Assembly (NCBI RefSeq): GCF_006345805.1
Contig: NC_043009.1
Location: 15,624,001-15,688,000, forward strand
DNA length: 64,000 bases
Reading direction: 5' to 3'
From: Octopus sinensis
Taxonomy: Eukaryota
Under the pieces are notes generated by a model. That model searched no databases. It saw only the letters and a list, made by a program, of their open reading frames with translations, and was not told the origin of the DNA. Within the stretch, counting starts at the first letter, position 1. Each line of letters starts with the position of its first letter. Both the position numbers and the translations under genes were made by a program. Positions 1 to 12,932 of the stretch are shown piece by piece.

Positions 1-290
1 ATAAATTTTAAGGATTCAATAATAAAGATCTGGTTTATGCGTTGTGGGAGTAATTCGGGGTACCTTTCCAACCAGAATTTAATTGCTTTTATTCTATAGT
101 CAAGGGGGGTGTCGGTGTAAAGATTGATAATAGCGAGGGTAACCAATATTGCCTCTTCATTAATTGTTTTTGGTAGGTGTTCTAGCATGTCTAAAACATC
201 CCTAATGAAGCTTTTGATGTATTTCAGCAAGGTTTTCAGTAGGATGTCTAGAAATTTGCTTAGGCGGTGGGTTTCACTGGCTGGCCCATC
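1..290 (-). mobile_element. Penelope-like element reverse transcriptase fragment (runs off the window edge)
   Basis: Manual translation of the minus strand is open: [80 protein letters not shown]..., matching the PLE RT pattern S-x-F-L-D-x-L-L-K-P...I-R-D...D-V-x-S-L-Y-T-N-I-P. Ends at a (TA)n run. Confidence 0.8.
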
Positions 291-300
291 TACATGTATA

Positions 301-407
<107 letters not shown>

Positions 408-518
408 GTACGTATGTATGTATGTATATATATATATATATATATGCATATATATGTATGTAAGTATGCATGTATATATGTATGTATGTGTCTATGTATG
501 AATGAATGTATGCATGTA

Positions 519-700
519 TGCATGTCACACCCCACGAAAACTTTATGGAGGACTAAGTCTGTTTGCATATTCTGGTAAACTTCATCTGCCAACAATATGG
601 TGGAACTCCGACCCTCTGAAACTGCAATCGAATATGTAGCATCATACTTTCTCCCAATTTTTGATGTGTTTCTATCCTGTTTATTGTTGCTGCGTACATA
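519..700 (-). mobile_element. Probable PLE terminal-repeat fragment with a degenerate hammerhead-like motif (547-593)
   Basis: Minus strand reads ttgg-CAGATGA-A-GTTT-accagaatatgc-AAAC-agacttagtc. The core has one mismatch and GAAA is not intact. Lies between TA runs on the same strand as the PLE RT at 1-290. Confidence 0.35.
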
Positions 701-711
701 TATATGTATAT

Positions 712-782
<71 letters not shown>

Positions 783-801
<19 letters not shown>

Positions 802-963
802 AAATTAAAATCAAAATGAGGGTGAAAAATTGGATATTAATTTGATAACATCAATTTTTAACACCAGTGGTCTAGAATATAAGAAAATGAGATTCAGTAA
901 ATTCAGTGGTTGAGACCATAGCGGATCTTTTTCTAGCATAAGGGTTTCTACATAGTGGTTAAA
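783..963 (-). repeat. Interspersed repeat fragment between (TA)n runs, same family as the insert starting at 29118
   Basis: The reverse complement ggtgttaaaaattgatgttatcaaattaatatccaatttttcaccctcattttgattttaatt aligns by eye with ggtgttaaattgatgtcattaaattaatatacaatctttacatcctcaatttgattttaatt at about 29118-29180. Confidence 0.6.
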
Positions 964-993
964 AATTCCCTCTTATATTTATGTATGAAATAC

Positions 994-1124
<131 letters not shown>

Positions 1125-1127
1125 AGT

Positions 1128-1235
1128 GAATTGAAGAAATGGAGTTGAACGAAGATTGAACGAAGATTGAACGAAGATTAGAATGCAATAAAAGGAATTC
1201 TGTTCAATCTTCGTTCAACTCCATTTCTTCAATTC
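1128..1235. repeat. Perfect 34-bp inverted repeat with a 40-nt spacer, plus an 11-bp unit repeated three times
   Basis: 1128-1161 gaattgaagaaatggagttgaacgaagattgaac is the exact reverse complement of 1202-1235. ttgaacgaaga occurs three times at about 1145-1177. Confidence 0.95.
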
Positions 1236-1299
1236 GTGGAGGATTTAAGTAAAATTATACAAATATTTCCAACTGATTAAATAAATTCTATTTATTTAC

Positions 1300-1383
1300 G
1301 CAGCTGAAAATAGCCCTGCATTTAAATTGATGTAATGACTGCATTGTTCAATTAAATGGAGCTGCTTGAAACGGTTGTACTGC
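1300..1383 (+). ncRNA. Degenerate type I hammerhead motif with long stem II
   Basis: gcag-CTGAAAA-[long hairpin]-GAAAC-ggtt-GTA-ctgc. Stem I is gcag/ctgc, G8 of the core is replaced by A, and stem II includes cattt(a)aattga/tcaattaaatg. Confidence 0.55.
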
Positions 1384-4300
1384 ATCACCTCTGGATATCC
1401 TGTTGCTAACCATATTTTGAATTTGTACGGTTAATACCGCTCTAATCTTTGGTGCTTCAGCCTAGGTACCTAATTCCTCTGAATCTCAAAAACCCTATTC
1501 TGTAGAAAGATTTGGCACTCAGCTACAGTAACCCACGCCTACATGAACACATTATGAGTGCGTGTCTGGTGTCGGTGAGGGTGTGAGTGTGGATGAGTGT
1601 GTTTGCTGAAATATGTGTGAAATACTTTTGCAATTGCTACTTTTATTTCATTTATCTTGCGCATAGACACTCGATAAATCAATAAGCAATTCAGGTTCTT
1701 TTTCTTCCAACATACCAAATCCTCATGTTACACAGAGGAAGCACAGAAAAAAAAATAATAACCCAGTGTACCATCCAGAAAAGCAAAGGTCCACAGATAT
1801 GTTCGTAAACCGAAATAATTTCCATAAACTATTACATATAAATCATCAAATTCTGACACACGAGAAAGCGGTGGTGGGAGGACAAACGAGATAAAGCAAT
1901 TTACTTTGCTTTGAACAATATTTTGAAAACATGCTGCCTGTGTGCTTATCACCATCTCAATAAACGTGTGTGTTGGTTTGATTTGATTTGTTTTTGCAGA
2001 AAGCACTTATCTGTAAGTCGATCTTAGGTGTCTCGAATGCTTAGGGGTCTTATAATGTATTGAAGCCAGAACTTCATTGTATTGTAACTGTCTTATTAAC
2101 ATTTAGTTCTGCTAAGCTATCGAAATAGAAGTGCTATTATTAAAGATACAACGTACCGCCAATATAAAGGATAAATTCTAAACGCTGTGTGATTAAATGT
2201 CATTATTATGATTCATTTACTGCTGGCTGCGTAAGCAGAGGGTCACAGTTTCATTCTTTGTATACGTATGCATCCCTTTACATGTACGTTTATACACACA
2301 AAGAAAAACGGAGTGAAAATTAATACAGTTAAATAATAATGTATATAATCATGAATTCTAGCTATTGACACACACGTATTCGATTCACCTCTAATATTAA
2401 TGCTAAATTAAAGTATACCCTCCATGTAATAAATTGATGGGATATGAATGATGGGGTTATTAGACAAGAGGTCAAGGCAGTGACACAGAAAATCTTCTCA
2501 TGTAATATACTGATGTGTCATATAAACTTATTGACAATCTGATGAAACGTAATTGACGATAACTTGCACGTTTCGCATGGTGTTAATGGTTTTAGTGCAA
2601 CAAAGAGATGAGACTGTGCAAAGAGAGTATTTACAGATAAATCTATTGATGATGGGCCGTGTCGAACTAATATCATCAATTTACGATATAATGACTTTTA
2701 GACATTGAACGAGGTGATTACTTTATTGGCATTGCAAATTGAGAAGCTACGACATTGAATTATTGCACAAGAAGGCAAATTTCAAATATATATGATTTCA
2801 CCACTACATACTTAATTAATATCATTCTGAATAAATGTGTATGTTCAGAAATATTTTGCTTGGATAATCTAAAACAGAATTCTGTTGGATACTATATAAC
2901 CAACCATGATACATTACTTAAATAAATGATCTTCGCGAAAGACACCAGTATGATTATATTATTTAAATAGATAAGGAAAAACCACACGTTTTCGTGCTTC
3001 TTTGTTTGTGTGGTTTTAGGAAAATATAATGGTCTGCAAAGACTTGAGCAACACACTTTCTTCAAACTATATCCACGCAGTATGTCACATCAAAACTCTC
3101 TTTATAGGAAAACAGTTGGAAATTCGCCAACAATCTCTTAGTTTAATAAATATATCATTCTTTTGTAAGTTGCATACTTATGTCGACATTCCTAAAACGT
3201 TCTTATTTTAAAATATATGTTAGTGTGTCTCTTCTCACATTTTATGTGGCTCTCGTTATACTTTATTCTTACATCTAAGTTGGTTATTAAATAAATTAAA
3301 AGCAAAGCGGAAAAGCATTTTGTACTTTTAAAGAGAGACAATATCCTAGAATCTTGTTTTTGTGAGGAACATTTTGTTTCGTCGCTATTTTTTTTTTACT
3401 TGAAAACCGACCATTCTTTAAAGGGTTCAGTTCTCGCTAGCACATATAACTGATTGAAACGTCCCTCTTCACAAATATTATCTTTGTATCGTTAATAATT
3501 GTTAGCTATGGTAATGGACATAGGCTTAAATATGACATTCAAATGCTTCAGAGTGTATATAAGAGCATATCAGGTTCTAATATCATGACACATGTACATC
3601 AAATCTTACCAAGATGGCCTTCTTACTCTATCGATGTGTATAAAAATTATATTTACAAACTGTAATAGGAAATTAATCTGGTTGTGAGTGTGCTGACGAA
3701 TCTCAATTTTTTGAATACCTAATTATGTAAAAGTGATATGTGTATAAACTTTCAACGATGGTGATGACAATCAAGTGGAGCTCGAGGGTTTTAAGGAATC
3801 TGCTAAGGCATCTGTGGAGCTGCACAATTAGACCACTTATAGAATGTGAAAGTAAGAGTTAGTACACATAGTATGAAGATAATATATATTTCCTGACATC
3901 ATAACGTTAGGTATTAATATAGAACAAGTAGAGAAACGTGGCATTTATAAACTAGAACTGGAGATATGGTGAGTTTGCAGATTCCAGATATTTAATGTAC
4001 GCCTACAGATAATCACCGTAAAATATACATTTTTCATATAGCCATCAGTGTAGCATTTTTACCCAACTTACAAACAGTTGAACATGTACTCCTTCATACG
4101 AAAGAGGATTTATCATTTCTCAGAGCATACAACTTGCTAAAAAGATGTAGCGATTGCCTTCATGTGTATTAAAACAAATATTTAGTAACCACCTTTAGAT
4201 GATAACAAATCTTGTATTCAGATGTCGTAAGAACAATACAAGTACTTGAACAATATAAATAATATATATCTTGGTATTTAAACATATATATTGTACAGAC

Positions 4301-5117
4301 GCAGATAATGATGTTAATGTCACAACTGTTTAAAATCCAGTCAATGCAATCCACATTTGGTCTTTTAAAACTGCACTATTTTAACTTAAAATTAGAAATT
4401 AAGAAAACGGGAACTAATACCAATGATTTCTAAAATAATTTATGCAATTACGTTCAATTTAATATCATGAAGCAAAGTGAATAACTAAATAAAGAAAGAT
4501 GAAATTACATTTGTACTGAGAAAATTATATTTTTCGAATTGCTTTTGTTCTCTAATCGTTTCCTAGAGACTTTCGATGAGATGAAAAATCTATAGATATA
4601 AAACAGTACACGCTATTTTAGCTATTCAACATTTGGAGCGAAAGTGAGAAAATGCCTACGTATTAATTTAGAAATTGTATTCTTATTTAGAATTATACGG
4701 CCTTTCATCGATCTTTTCGCTGCATTTAGTGACATGTTACTTGAAATAGCGAACACTGTCCAATTATCACTTCCTCCAACATGCGGGAAAATTCCAGCAG
4801 CAATTCTACTCAATTGCGTAATTATGATTTAATTACAATTATTAGAATAGAATGAAGAATGAAAAATTCAAAATTCCAATTACGTCATCACTGTTTTAAT
4901 TCTGATACAATCGGAGGTAGAACATATCATATTTAGGTATGCAATAAAGAAAATTTGGTAAAATTGAGGAAGGCAATAATTGAAGGAATAAATGTTAAAG
5001 AACAATGCATATACACTATAAACCACACGATTTCTGGCATTGCACTTAGAAGTACATTAATTTATTTTCCATAAATTCTGCCAGAATAATATATTGAGGT
5101 CACTATAACTGATATTA

Positions 5118-6271
5118 CAAGATAGTATCAAAAGGGTCCTGGAATAGTCATGTTTAATGAAAAATAACTTATTTACCTACATTTTAACCTCATTGCTTTC
5201 GAAAGAATCACGTTGCACAGTAATGCATCTATCATACGGTTTCTGCAACTTTTGTAATCAGTAAGCGAGTCGAGGAATTTCTGCGATTCGCTCCGGATCT
5301 TGACAACGGTGTTACAACGGCAACCTTTGAGCTACCTTTTCATCATGGGGAAGAGATGCAAGTCCGCAGGTGCAAAATCCGGCAAATAAGGCGGGCGCGG
5401 AAGCTATACCATGTAGTTTTTGCCAAGAAACTTACGACTGAGGAGAGGTCGATGACAGGGTGGTGCATTGTCGTCGTGAAAAATCTAATTTTTCGCGCTC
5501 CATACATCCGGTCATTTTCGCCCAATGTCCTCCTTCAAATGCTTCAAACGTCGCAGTAGAACTCTCAATTGACGGTATCGCCCTGGGGGATGATTTCTCG
5601 ATGCAAGATGCCGCAGAAAACGAAGGGAGCGATGAGCTTGGTCTTGATTGAGCTACAACTCTGCCTTCTTTGGTCGTGGAAATGAAGTGCTCTTCTATTT
5701 TGACGTCTGCTGCTTTGTCTCAGGGTCGTACTATAGAAACAACTCTCGGCTTAGTGGTTAGTAGGCGGTGGACCAACCTGGCAGATACATGCCACATGTT
5801 CAATTCAGATATTAGGATAGCCTGTACGGGCCCATACGACAGACCAACAACATCAGCAATGCACAAGCTCAAGTAGAAGCTGATGAATTTTCTACGCATT
5901 TCCAGGATTGATGCCCGTAGCAGGTCTTCCGGATCGCGCAATCGTGCGTCGTCTTCCAGTGAAGTATTCGTCCGCTTTTGAAGCACCCATGCCACACGCA
6001 ACATTACGCACAACCCATTGACTCCTCGCAGCAAGCTTGCCAATGTATGCTCAATGTTTTAGTAGCAAAATTTTACGTTGAATCTTGCTGAAACTTGCTC
6101 TCCATACAAAATCGGAGACTACAGATCGCAAAATCACACATTTCTCAACTTCCGAAGCAAACATAGCTACCTCCTGAAGGTCACCACTAGCTCTCACTGC
6201 ACACGCAACTGTGTGCAGCCATTTGTTGGTACCCAACATAACTTGTGCGGGAACTCTTTGATACTATTTCG
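5118..6271 (-). mobile_element. Mariner DNA transposon, decayed, both TIRs present
   Basis: TA-caagatagtatcaaaagggtcc... and ...gggaactctttgatactatttcg-TA are imperfect TIRs. Minus-strand peptide pieces include TSLEDDAR and PPYLPDFAPADLHLFPMMK (YSPDLAP-D motif), with frameshifts and stops. Confidence 0.9.
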
Positions 6272-6506
6272 TATGTAAACAGAATACAAGAAGGATAAAA
6301 CATGCTACTTGATATGGTTTGGATGAAAAATATCATTTTAATTCTAGATATAAATACACAGTTTATCAAATGAATTATAAACGTTATGGGCGCTTCATTG
6401 GTATCGCAGTTTTGAGATGAAATATCAACTGAATTCATTTACAAATATTTTGAATCGGATAAAAGTACTACAAGTATGATTGTATATTTAATTCAAGCTG
6501 TTAATA

Positions 6507-7787
6507 TTAGGTTGTCAAGAAAGTTCTTCTTTAAATTCAGATGCACCTATCTCAGCTCAAACAAAACTTTATTAATCAAAATAAACACCATCAGAATTGA
6601 CACACTTTCACCTACGCTAAACAAGTTTATTGATGCCAGTAGCGTAAAAATCCTGCGTTCTAATAGTGATGAAGTCGTTGAAGGCGTGTTTAGCATCGTC
6701 TTGGTTTTTGAAGCATTTTCACACAGGAAATTATTGAGATGCTTGAAAAAGTGGTAGTCGGTAGGCGAGACGTCTGGTGACTATAGTGAATGAGGCAGAG
6801 TTTCGGAGCCCAGTTATTTCAACTTCTGCAGGGTCAGTTGTGCGACGTACGGCCGAGCGTTGACTTGGAGAAGAACTGGTCCTTTTCTATTGACCAATGC
6901 TGGCTGTTGCTGTCGGAGTTTCTTATGCATTTCGTCCATTTGCTGATAGTACTTCTCCGCCGTAATGGTTTAGCCTGGATCCAAAAAGCTGTTATGGATG
7001 AGACCGGCCGCAGACCACCAAACAATCACCATGACCTTCTTTTGGCGCAACTTTGGTTTCGGAAAGTGCCGTGGAGCTTCGTCGGCGTCCAACCCCAGAG
7101 CTGAGCGTCACCGGTTGTCGTAAAGAATCCGCTTTATATCGCAAGTCACAAAATGATCGAGAAACGGGTCGTTCTTTTTGCGTAAAAGAATGGAAGACGA
7201 CACTTTAAAATGGCGTTTTTTTTTTCTTTGGTTGTCGTTCAATTCGTGCAGCACCGATTTCTCAAGTATTTTAGTTTTTCTAATTTCTTTCAAGTGGTTC
7301 GAAATTGTCATATACGTTACGTCTAGTCTAATTCAGAAGCAAGCTCTCGAACAGTTGTGCGTGGATTAGCTTCCACTAAGGCTTTCAGTTGATCGTTGTC
7401 AACATCCAATGGCCGACCACTGCGCTTACTATCTTCAAGACTCTCGTCAACGCTACAAAATTTCTTGAACCACCATTGTGCTGTACGTTCATTAGTGGTT
7501 CCTGGGCCAAACGCATCGTTGATATCGCGAGCTGTTTCAACAGCTTTTCGGCCAGCTTGAACTGGAATAAGAAAATTTTGCGAATTTTGTCCATGTTGTA
7601 TTCAAAGTTCCGGAAAAAATGGCCTAATTATTAAAAAAGAAAAAAAGAGTAACACAATTAGATAAAGAACGAAAAACGGGCTTTAAAATGAAATATAAAG
7701 TGAACGTAATTTAACGAAAATTAATTTGAAAATACATCATTTAAAACCAAAATTAAAAATTCTGCAGGAACTTTCTTCACAACCTAA
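6507..7787 (-). mobile_element. Mariner DNA transposon (cecropia/Hsmar1-like), full length 1281 bp, decayed
   Basis: TIRs ttaggttgtcaagaaagttc and gaactttcttcacaacctaa (one mismatch), with TA TSDs at 6505-6506 and 7788-7789. Translation includes VTCDIKRILYDNR, EAPRHFPKPKLRQKKVMVIVWWSAAGLIH, LVNRKGPVLLQVNARP and SPDVSPTDYHFFKHLNNFL. Confidence 0.95.
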
Positions 7788-10235
7788 TAGTTTTTACTCT
7801 GTGCACTTTATAATGCAATGGAGAGGGTTAGCATTTTGAAAAAAAAGCATGTTGATGATATTATGCCCGGATGCAAATAGTTACTAATATTTAAGTTTCT
7901 ATTCAAGAAAAAGAACCAAAGTTGATGATGATATAAAGGATTATCAAAATGTACATTGTTTCATTGCAGCGAAGTCCTGTTACTAACCATGTGCGCGCGT
8001 GTATGAGTGTGTCTGTCTGTGTCTGCGCGTGTGTGTGTGAAAAGCAAACAACACCATATTATAGAACAACTAATGAATTTCATTACCTTTCCCTTATTTG
8101 TACAACAGTAGAATATATCAGTCTTCTCATGTTAACTATCGTTTCTGTTCATCATTTACATAAATTGATATTTCTTCTATTAAATATATATATATGAAGA
8201 GAGAGAGAGAGAGAAAGAGGAAAAAATTGCATATGTTTAACCATACAAGTGTATAAAATCATTATTTTTTAAACATATTTGAAGTTTATAGAAAAGTTGT
8301 TAGTGGCTCGAAGAAACAAAAATACACATTTAATTTGCGATACACGCTTAATTCGTCGCGAAATATTCGAAGGAACTGTTCTGATATATAAAAAATTGAC
8401 GCCTGTTCGTTCGTTTACTAGCGCAAACTATAACTAACATTGGTTTTGATGCCTTATACGCAACATATATGATATCATACTTCATATATTATACGCCACT
8501 TGATATTACTCTCATACACCCTTATGTCAGCATTCGAAATCTATCATAATATCTACATATAACTTAATTATACTTGTGACATTTAGAATAATTTGATTGA
8601 AAAATCTTACACAAAACGAGTGAGATTTAATTGGCATTAAATAGAAGGCAAAAACTTCACTCTGTCCTCTTTATGCTTGACAGTTGTAGAAAATGTATGT
8701 GCAAAATCCTTCACGTTCAATTTAGTTTATCTTTGCATTCAGTCATTTCAATGATATTTGACGTTCTGTGCCATAATGGTTTTACTTTTTGATATGATCC
8801 AAAGAATTTTAAAATATATTCAATGGCAACGCGACACTGTGCATGATTTACGCATTTTTCTTTGCATCTTAATGCATGGTTGTGTAGACACCAGCGAAAA
8901 ACCATCAAGAATGATTTGCCCTTATAGTGAGCTAAGATCAACATACTTCAAATTATCAATTGACTATCATTTATAACGCTAATAAATATGCGTACAATCT
9001 TACATATGTGATATAATATTTCGTATACGAATATTTTCATCAAATCAATGTTTATAAAATACGAATGAACTGCACATTTCTCATAATGCTGTTTTCGAGA
9101 ACTGTCTCTCGAACTTAAGTTGTCAAAAATTTTCTTCTCTCTGTATAAGTCTAGTGTTGAAAAACACTCGCTTTAACTTATCTAAAGACTGTTTTCAATT
9201 ATTTTCCTTCCACCACACCATTATACAATAATGTGAATAAAAGATTACCATGAATGTAAATGAAATCAATCAGGCAGAAAATAGCCATTAATAGTAACAT
9301 ATAAACGATTGATTGCTTACTTAGCTTTAAAATCGTATGTTCTGACATATATTACTGTCACAATATTTATTACTTACTCTCTATGCATTAGCGACTTTTC
9401 TGAAATAAAAAGTCTTTGAAAGAACTTTATAAATGTAGTTCAAGAGGGTAATTACCCATAACTCACTAAATTGCGATTTAACTTCTATAAGATTTAAATG
9501 ACCGAGATCATGTCATCAGCAATTCAAAATCGCGCTATTTCCACTACCACTTTATTTAACGTTAATTAAATAGAATTTTCGAAACGTCGCGAATAATTCA
9601 ATTGAAACGTTTGATGACATGTCAGCTTTATTAATTTCTTAGAGCGCAGAGAAATTATTAGCAAATATCTAAAGGTATTTCTGAAGCAGCTAAAGGTTGA
9701 ATAAACTGAGATAATCATCATAAGCTTCCTGTATTAAATCTAAAATTACGAATTTGAGTAAACACGAAAATTAATACACCTATTTTTAGGAGCGAAAGGT
9801 ATGTGTGGATCATAAAAACCCTAAAAATACTCTATAAAGAATAGAAAATTTGGAGGAAATAAATTTTGAAGATGAACAAACCTACATATTCCATATCGTT
9901 ATAATTATTGCTAATATATACTCCAGACAATATTACCGTCCAGTGAAGCGAGAACGGAATTACCGACATGAGAAATTTACAGAATGAATGAAAACTATAT
10001 ATATATGTATGTGTATGTATGTATGTATGTATGTATGTATGTATGTATGTAGGTAGGTAGGTAGGTAGGAATGTATGTATGTATGAATGAATGTATGTAT
10101 AAATGTATGAACGTATGTATATATGTATGTGTGTATGTATGTATGTATGTATGTGTGTATGTATGTATGTATGTATGTATGTATGTATGTATATACGCAT
10201 ATTTGTATTAATGTACGTATGCATATATATGTCTA

Positions 10236-10716
10236 CACGAGGGTTGGCTGCAAAGATTATATGGGAAACTATGAAGGAATGATGCTACTCCAGGGAAATC
10301 TTGCTTGCATCAATTTCAACCCTTTTTAATAACTGCACCGTTTCCGTCCATGTCTAACTAGAAGCGACGTTATGAAGTTTCTGTAGAAAATAGGGTTTAA
10401 CCCTGCAATGACATTCATGATGGTATGGACGCTCCAGTTTTATCAAGTGTTAAAAAAACTCAGCTTAAAAGGCGGAGGGAGGTGTTGGACATGATCCAAG
10501 GCGGGTACGATCAGAAACTGACGCCACTGAGAAAAACATTGATCTTGTTCACCACATCGTGAGAGATAACAGACAATTGGCTATAAATCAAATAGGCAGT
10601 GCTATTAACATATTGCGTGGGAGAGGTGAGAATATTCTGCACCATGCACATGACATGACAAAGGTTTCTGCACGGTGGGTGCCATGCCTTCTGACAGCTG
10701 TTCAAAAGAGCGCGGG
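10236..10716 (+). mobile_element. Mariner 5' fragment (TIR plus N-terminal transposase)
   Basis: TIR-like start acgagggttggctgcaaag. Degenerate coding ends in ...ENILHHAHDMTKVSARWVPCLLT (WVP motif). Confidence 0.75.
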
Positions 10717-10789
10717 CTAAAAATCCCTAGATTACGTGTTCGATTCCATGCAATAACCTGAATAATAAAAATAATAATAATAAAAATAA

Positions 10790-10851
<62 letters not shown>

Positions 10852-10881
10852 TCGAAAATACCTTAGGAAGGAGAACCCCAA

Positions 10882-10910
10882 GACACCTGATGAAGCCGAA
10901 ACGTTGTGTT
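10882..10910 (+). ncRNA. Minimal hammerhead remnant with stem II deleted
   Basis: gacac-CTGATGA-agcc-GAAAC-GTT-gtgtt. Stem I gacac/gtgtt is 5 bp. The downstream flank (...caagat(a/g)aggac...ccgtcaa(a/g)tgtaaa) is shared with the 26141 copy. Confidence 0.65.
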
Positions 10911-11349
10911 GAACAAGATAAGGACAAATTCCCGTCAAATGTAAATATTGTACATAATTCCTCATCTCTTAAATATAGAACTATACAATATTATATACTT
11001 AATATAAAATTTCATTTAGTAATTCCGTGTTGATACAGTCAATCAAACTAATATACGTATAATAAATTTAATCGATGATTCTATTACCTATTATTGGTTT
11101 TAATTGCTTATAATCAGCTATTTATAAAATTGCATGTAAATATGTAGTAACACGCATGAGTAAAAGCTAGTATCTTCTTGTAACCTTCTTACATAAACAA
11201 ATAACATTATTATTATCAAATAATGTTTACGTATCGTAATTCATTACAGCTTTCATTCCGTCTTTCTATCCTAACAGATTACTGTAACACTAATAATTTA
11301 CACTGAGTTTACCAGTTATATTTTAATTTACGAACTATTGAGTAATGTT

Positions 11350-11470
11350 AAGAACCATTAGCGTGCCGGACAATTTGCTAGCAGCCTTTCTACCGGTTCT
11401 AAACGTTCTGAGTTCAGGCTCAAAATGACCAGTTAAACAATGAGGTCGATGTAATCAACTAATCCCTTTC
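11350..11470 (+). mobile_element. Degenerate short SINE copy (same family as 42766 and 58729)
   Basis: cgttctgagttca...gaggtcgatgtaatcaactaatcc resembles the 58729-58950 copy. Confidence 0.5.
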
Positions 11471-12932
11471 ACTTTAATATGCGTATATTAAGAAAGTATT
11501 ATTATATTAAGTTTTTTTTTTTCTACTATGTATTCTTCCGTGCTGCGACATCGTCGCTGAGTTGTATTGCTTTGCGCTAATATTATCATATGCATTGAGG
11601 CGGCGAGCTGACAGAAACGTTGGTGATGATAGCGGTTGGACGATTGAGATAACGCTGATGATGAAATTTGATTCGGAAGATTGCGCTACTCTGAAAGGTG
11701 ATGATGATGATGATAATGATGATGATGATGATGATGAGGAGGAGGAGGAGGAGGTGGGAGAATAACAACGACGGCAGTTGATAGCACAGCCCCTCTCTTT
11801 ACAGTAACGTCTAGTGCAAAGTGAAATAATTCCGAGTCTACAGCAAACTACGTCTGTCCCAAAGTTTCCCAATACCAGATATTGCGTTGGAAGAAGGTCT
11901 TCGTAATGGAGAATCTATTTTCAGCACTAAGTCTAGTAAATCCCCTTCGTTCGCATAAGGTTCAGAATCACAATTTATTTCCATTAACGCTTGTTTTGCA
12001 ACCTGAGATCTTCAGGAAATAAATTATCATTTGCTAAGCTGGACATGCAAACAAATTTCTCCCTTTACGCAAGTGTGCGCACAGACACGAAAGGTTACAG
12101 GAGAAGAAGTAGTAAAAATGTTCATAATTAAATCAGGAGAGGCCTTTGCAGTTAAGCTGGACTCTGTTTTGTATCAGCAGATAAATCATTAAGACAACCC
12201 CACCTGTCGACTTCGAAACAAAACGCCCTCTTCCACACCTGCCGTTAATAATTCAGCTTCCCGCTTCGTGTGTACTTACTATAATATTGGTATATGGAAG
12301 TGAAATTTTACATTTATGCGTTGGTGTTTCTATGAAGTTGTTGAGGAATCATTACAGAGTGTGATGTGTGCAATTCATAGTGTTGTAGTTTTGGTAGTAG
12401 CTTTGAGAAATTGTGCTTTGAAATAATTTGGTGGAGAGTGAAATTTCAATTAAATCAGGATTTCCTTTTCTTTACAGAATCGCGAATTGAATGAACTAGA
12501 ATCCCGGATGCAACACGAAATATAAAAGGAAATGTTATACGAAATGAAAATGGAGTATAAAAGTTGGCTTGGTACCAAGACCGATGTTCTTGAATAGTAC
12601 CATGCATCAATCCTCCAGCCATCGACCCGTTTGTTCAAATAGCTTATTAGATTCACTTGTAACTTTGATTTTGAGATGATGCCGGAAGTGAAGAATGCGA
12701 TAATGGCAATGAAAGCAGAAGCAAGTTACTTGCTTTGAAATCCAGACGTGTGTGTGGGTGGCTGAGGGTGCCGATCTCAAAACGGCAAAAAGAGGCGATC
12801 GGCGAAAAGATGAGCGAAGTGGCAGGATTGGGGTGAAGGAATCAGAAGAGTCGTTGTAAAACCTGTTGGAGAGGTAATATATAGTGGCAATATGTGAGAG
12901 CGGAGGTTAGTCGGGCGGAGCCATCACTATAT

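Noticed and set aside
2535-2555. caat-CTGATGAAACGTA-attg, resembling a hammerhead with stem II fully collapsed
   Set aside because: The two core halves overlap, there is no family flank, and a 4-bp stem in AT-rich DNA is easily chance.
3540-4000. Possible decayed RTE 3' region
   Set aside because: Only faint two- to three-residue echoes of the motifs, insufficient to call.
4622-4832. Overlapping 62-63 aa ORFs on both strands in unique sequence
   Set aside because: Short, with no motif recognised and only weak splice-like signals.
11507-11872. Acidic or Pro/His-rich ORFs around the GAT/GAG repeat
   Set aside because: The composition comes from a trinucleotide repeat, flanking frames close quickly, and no recognisable protein is present.
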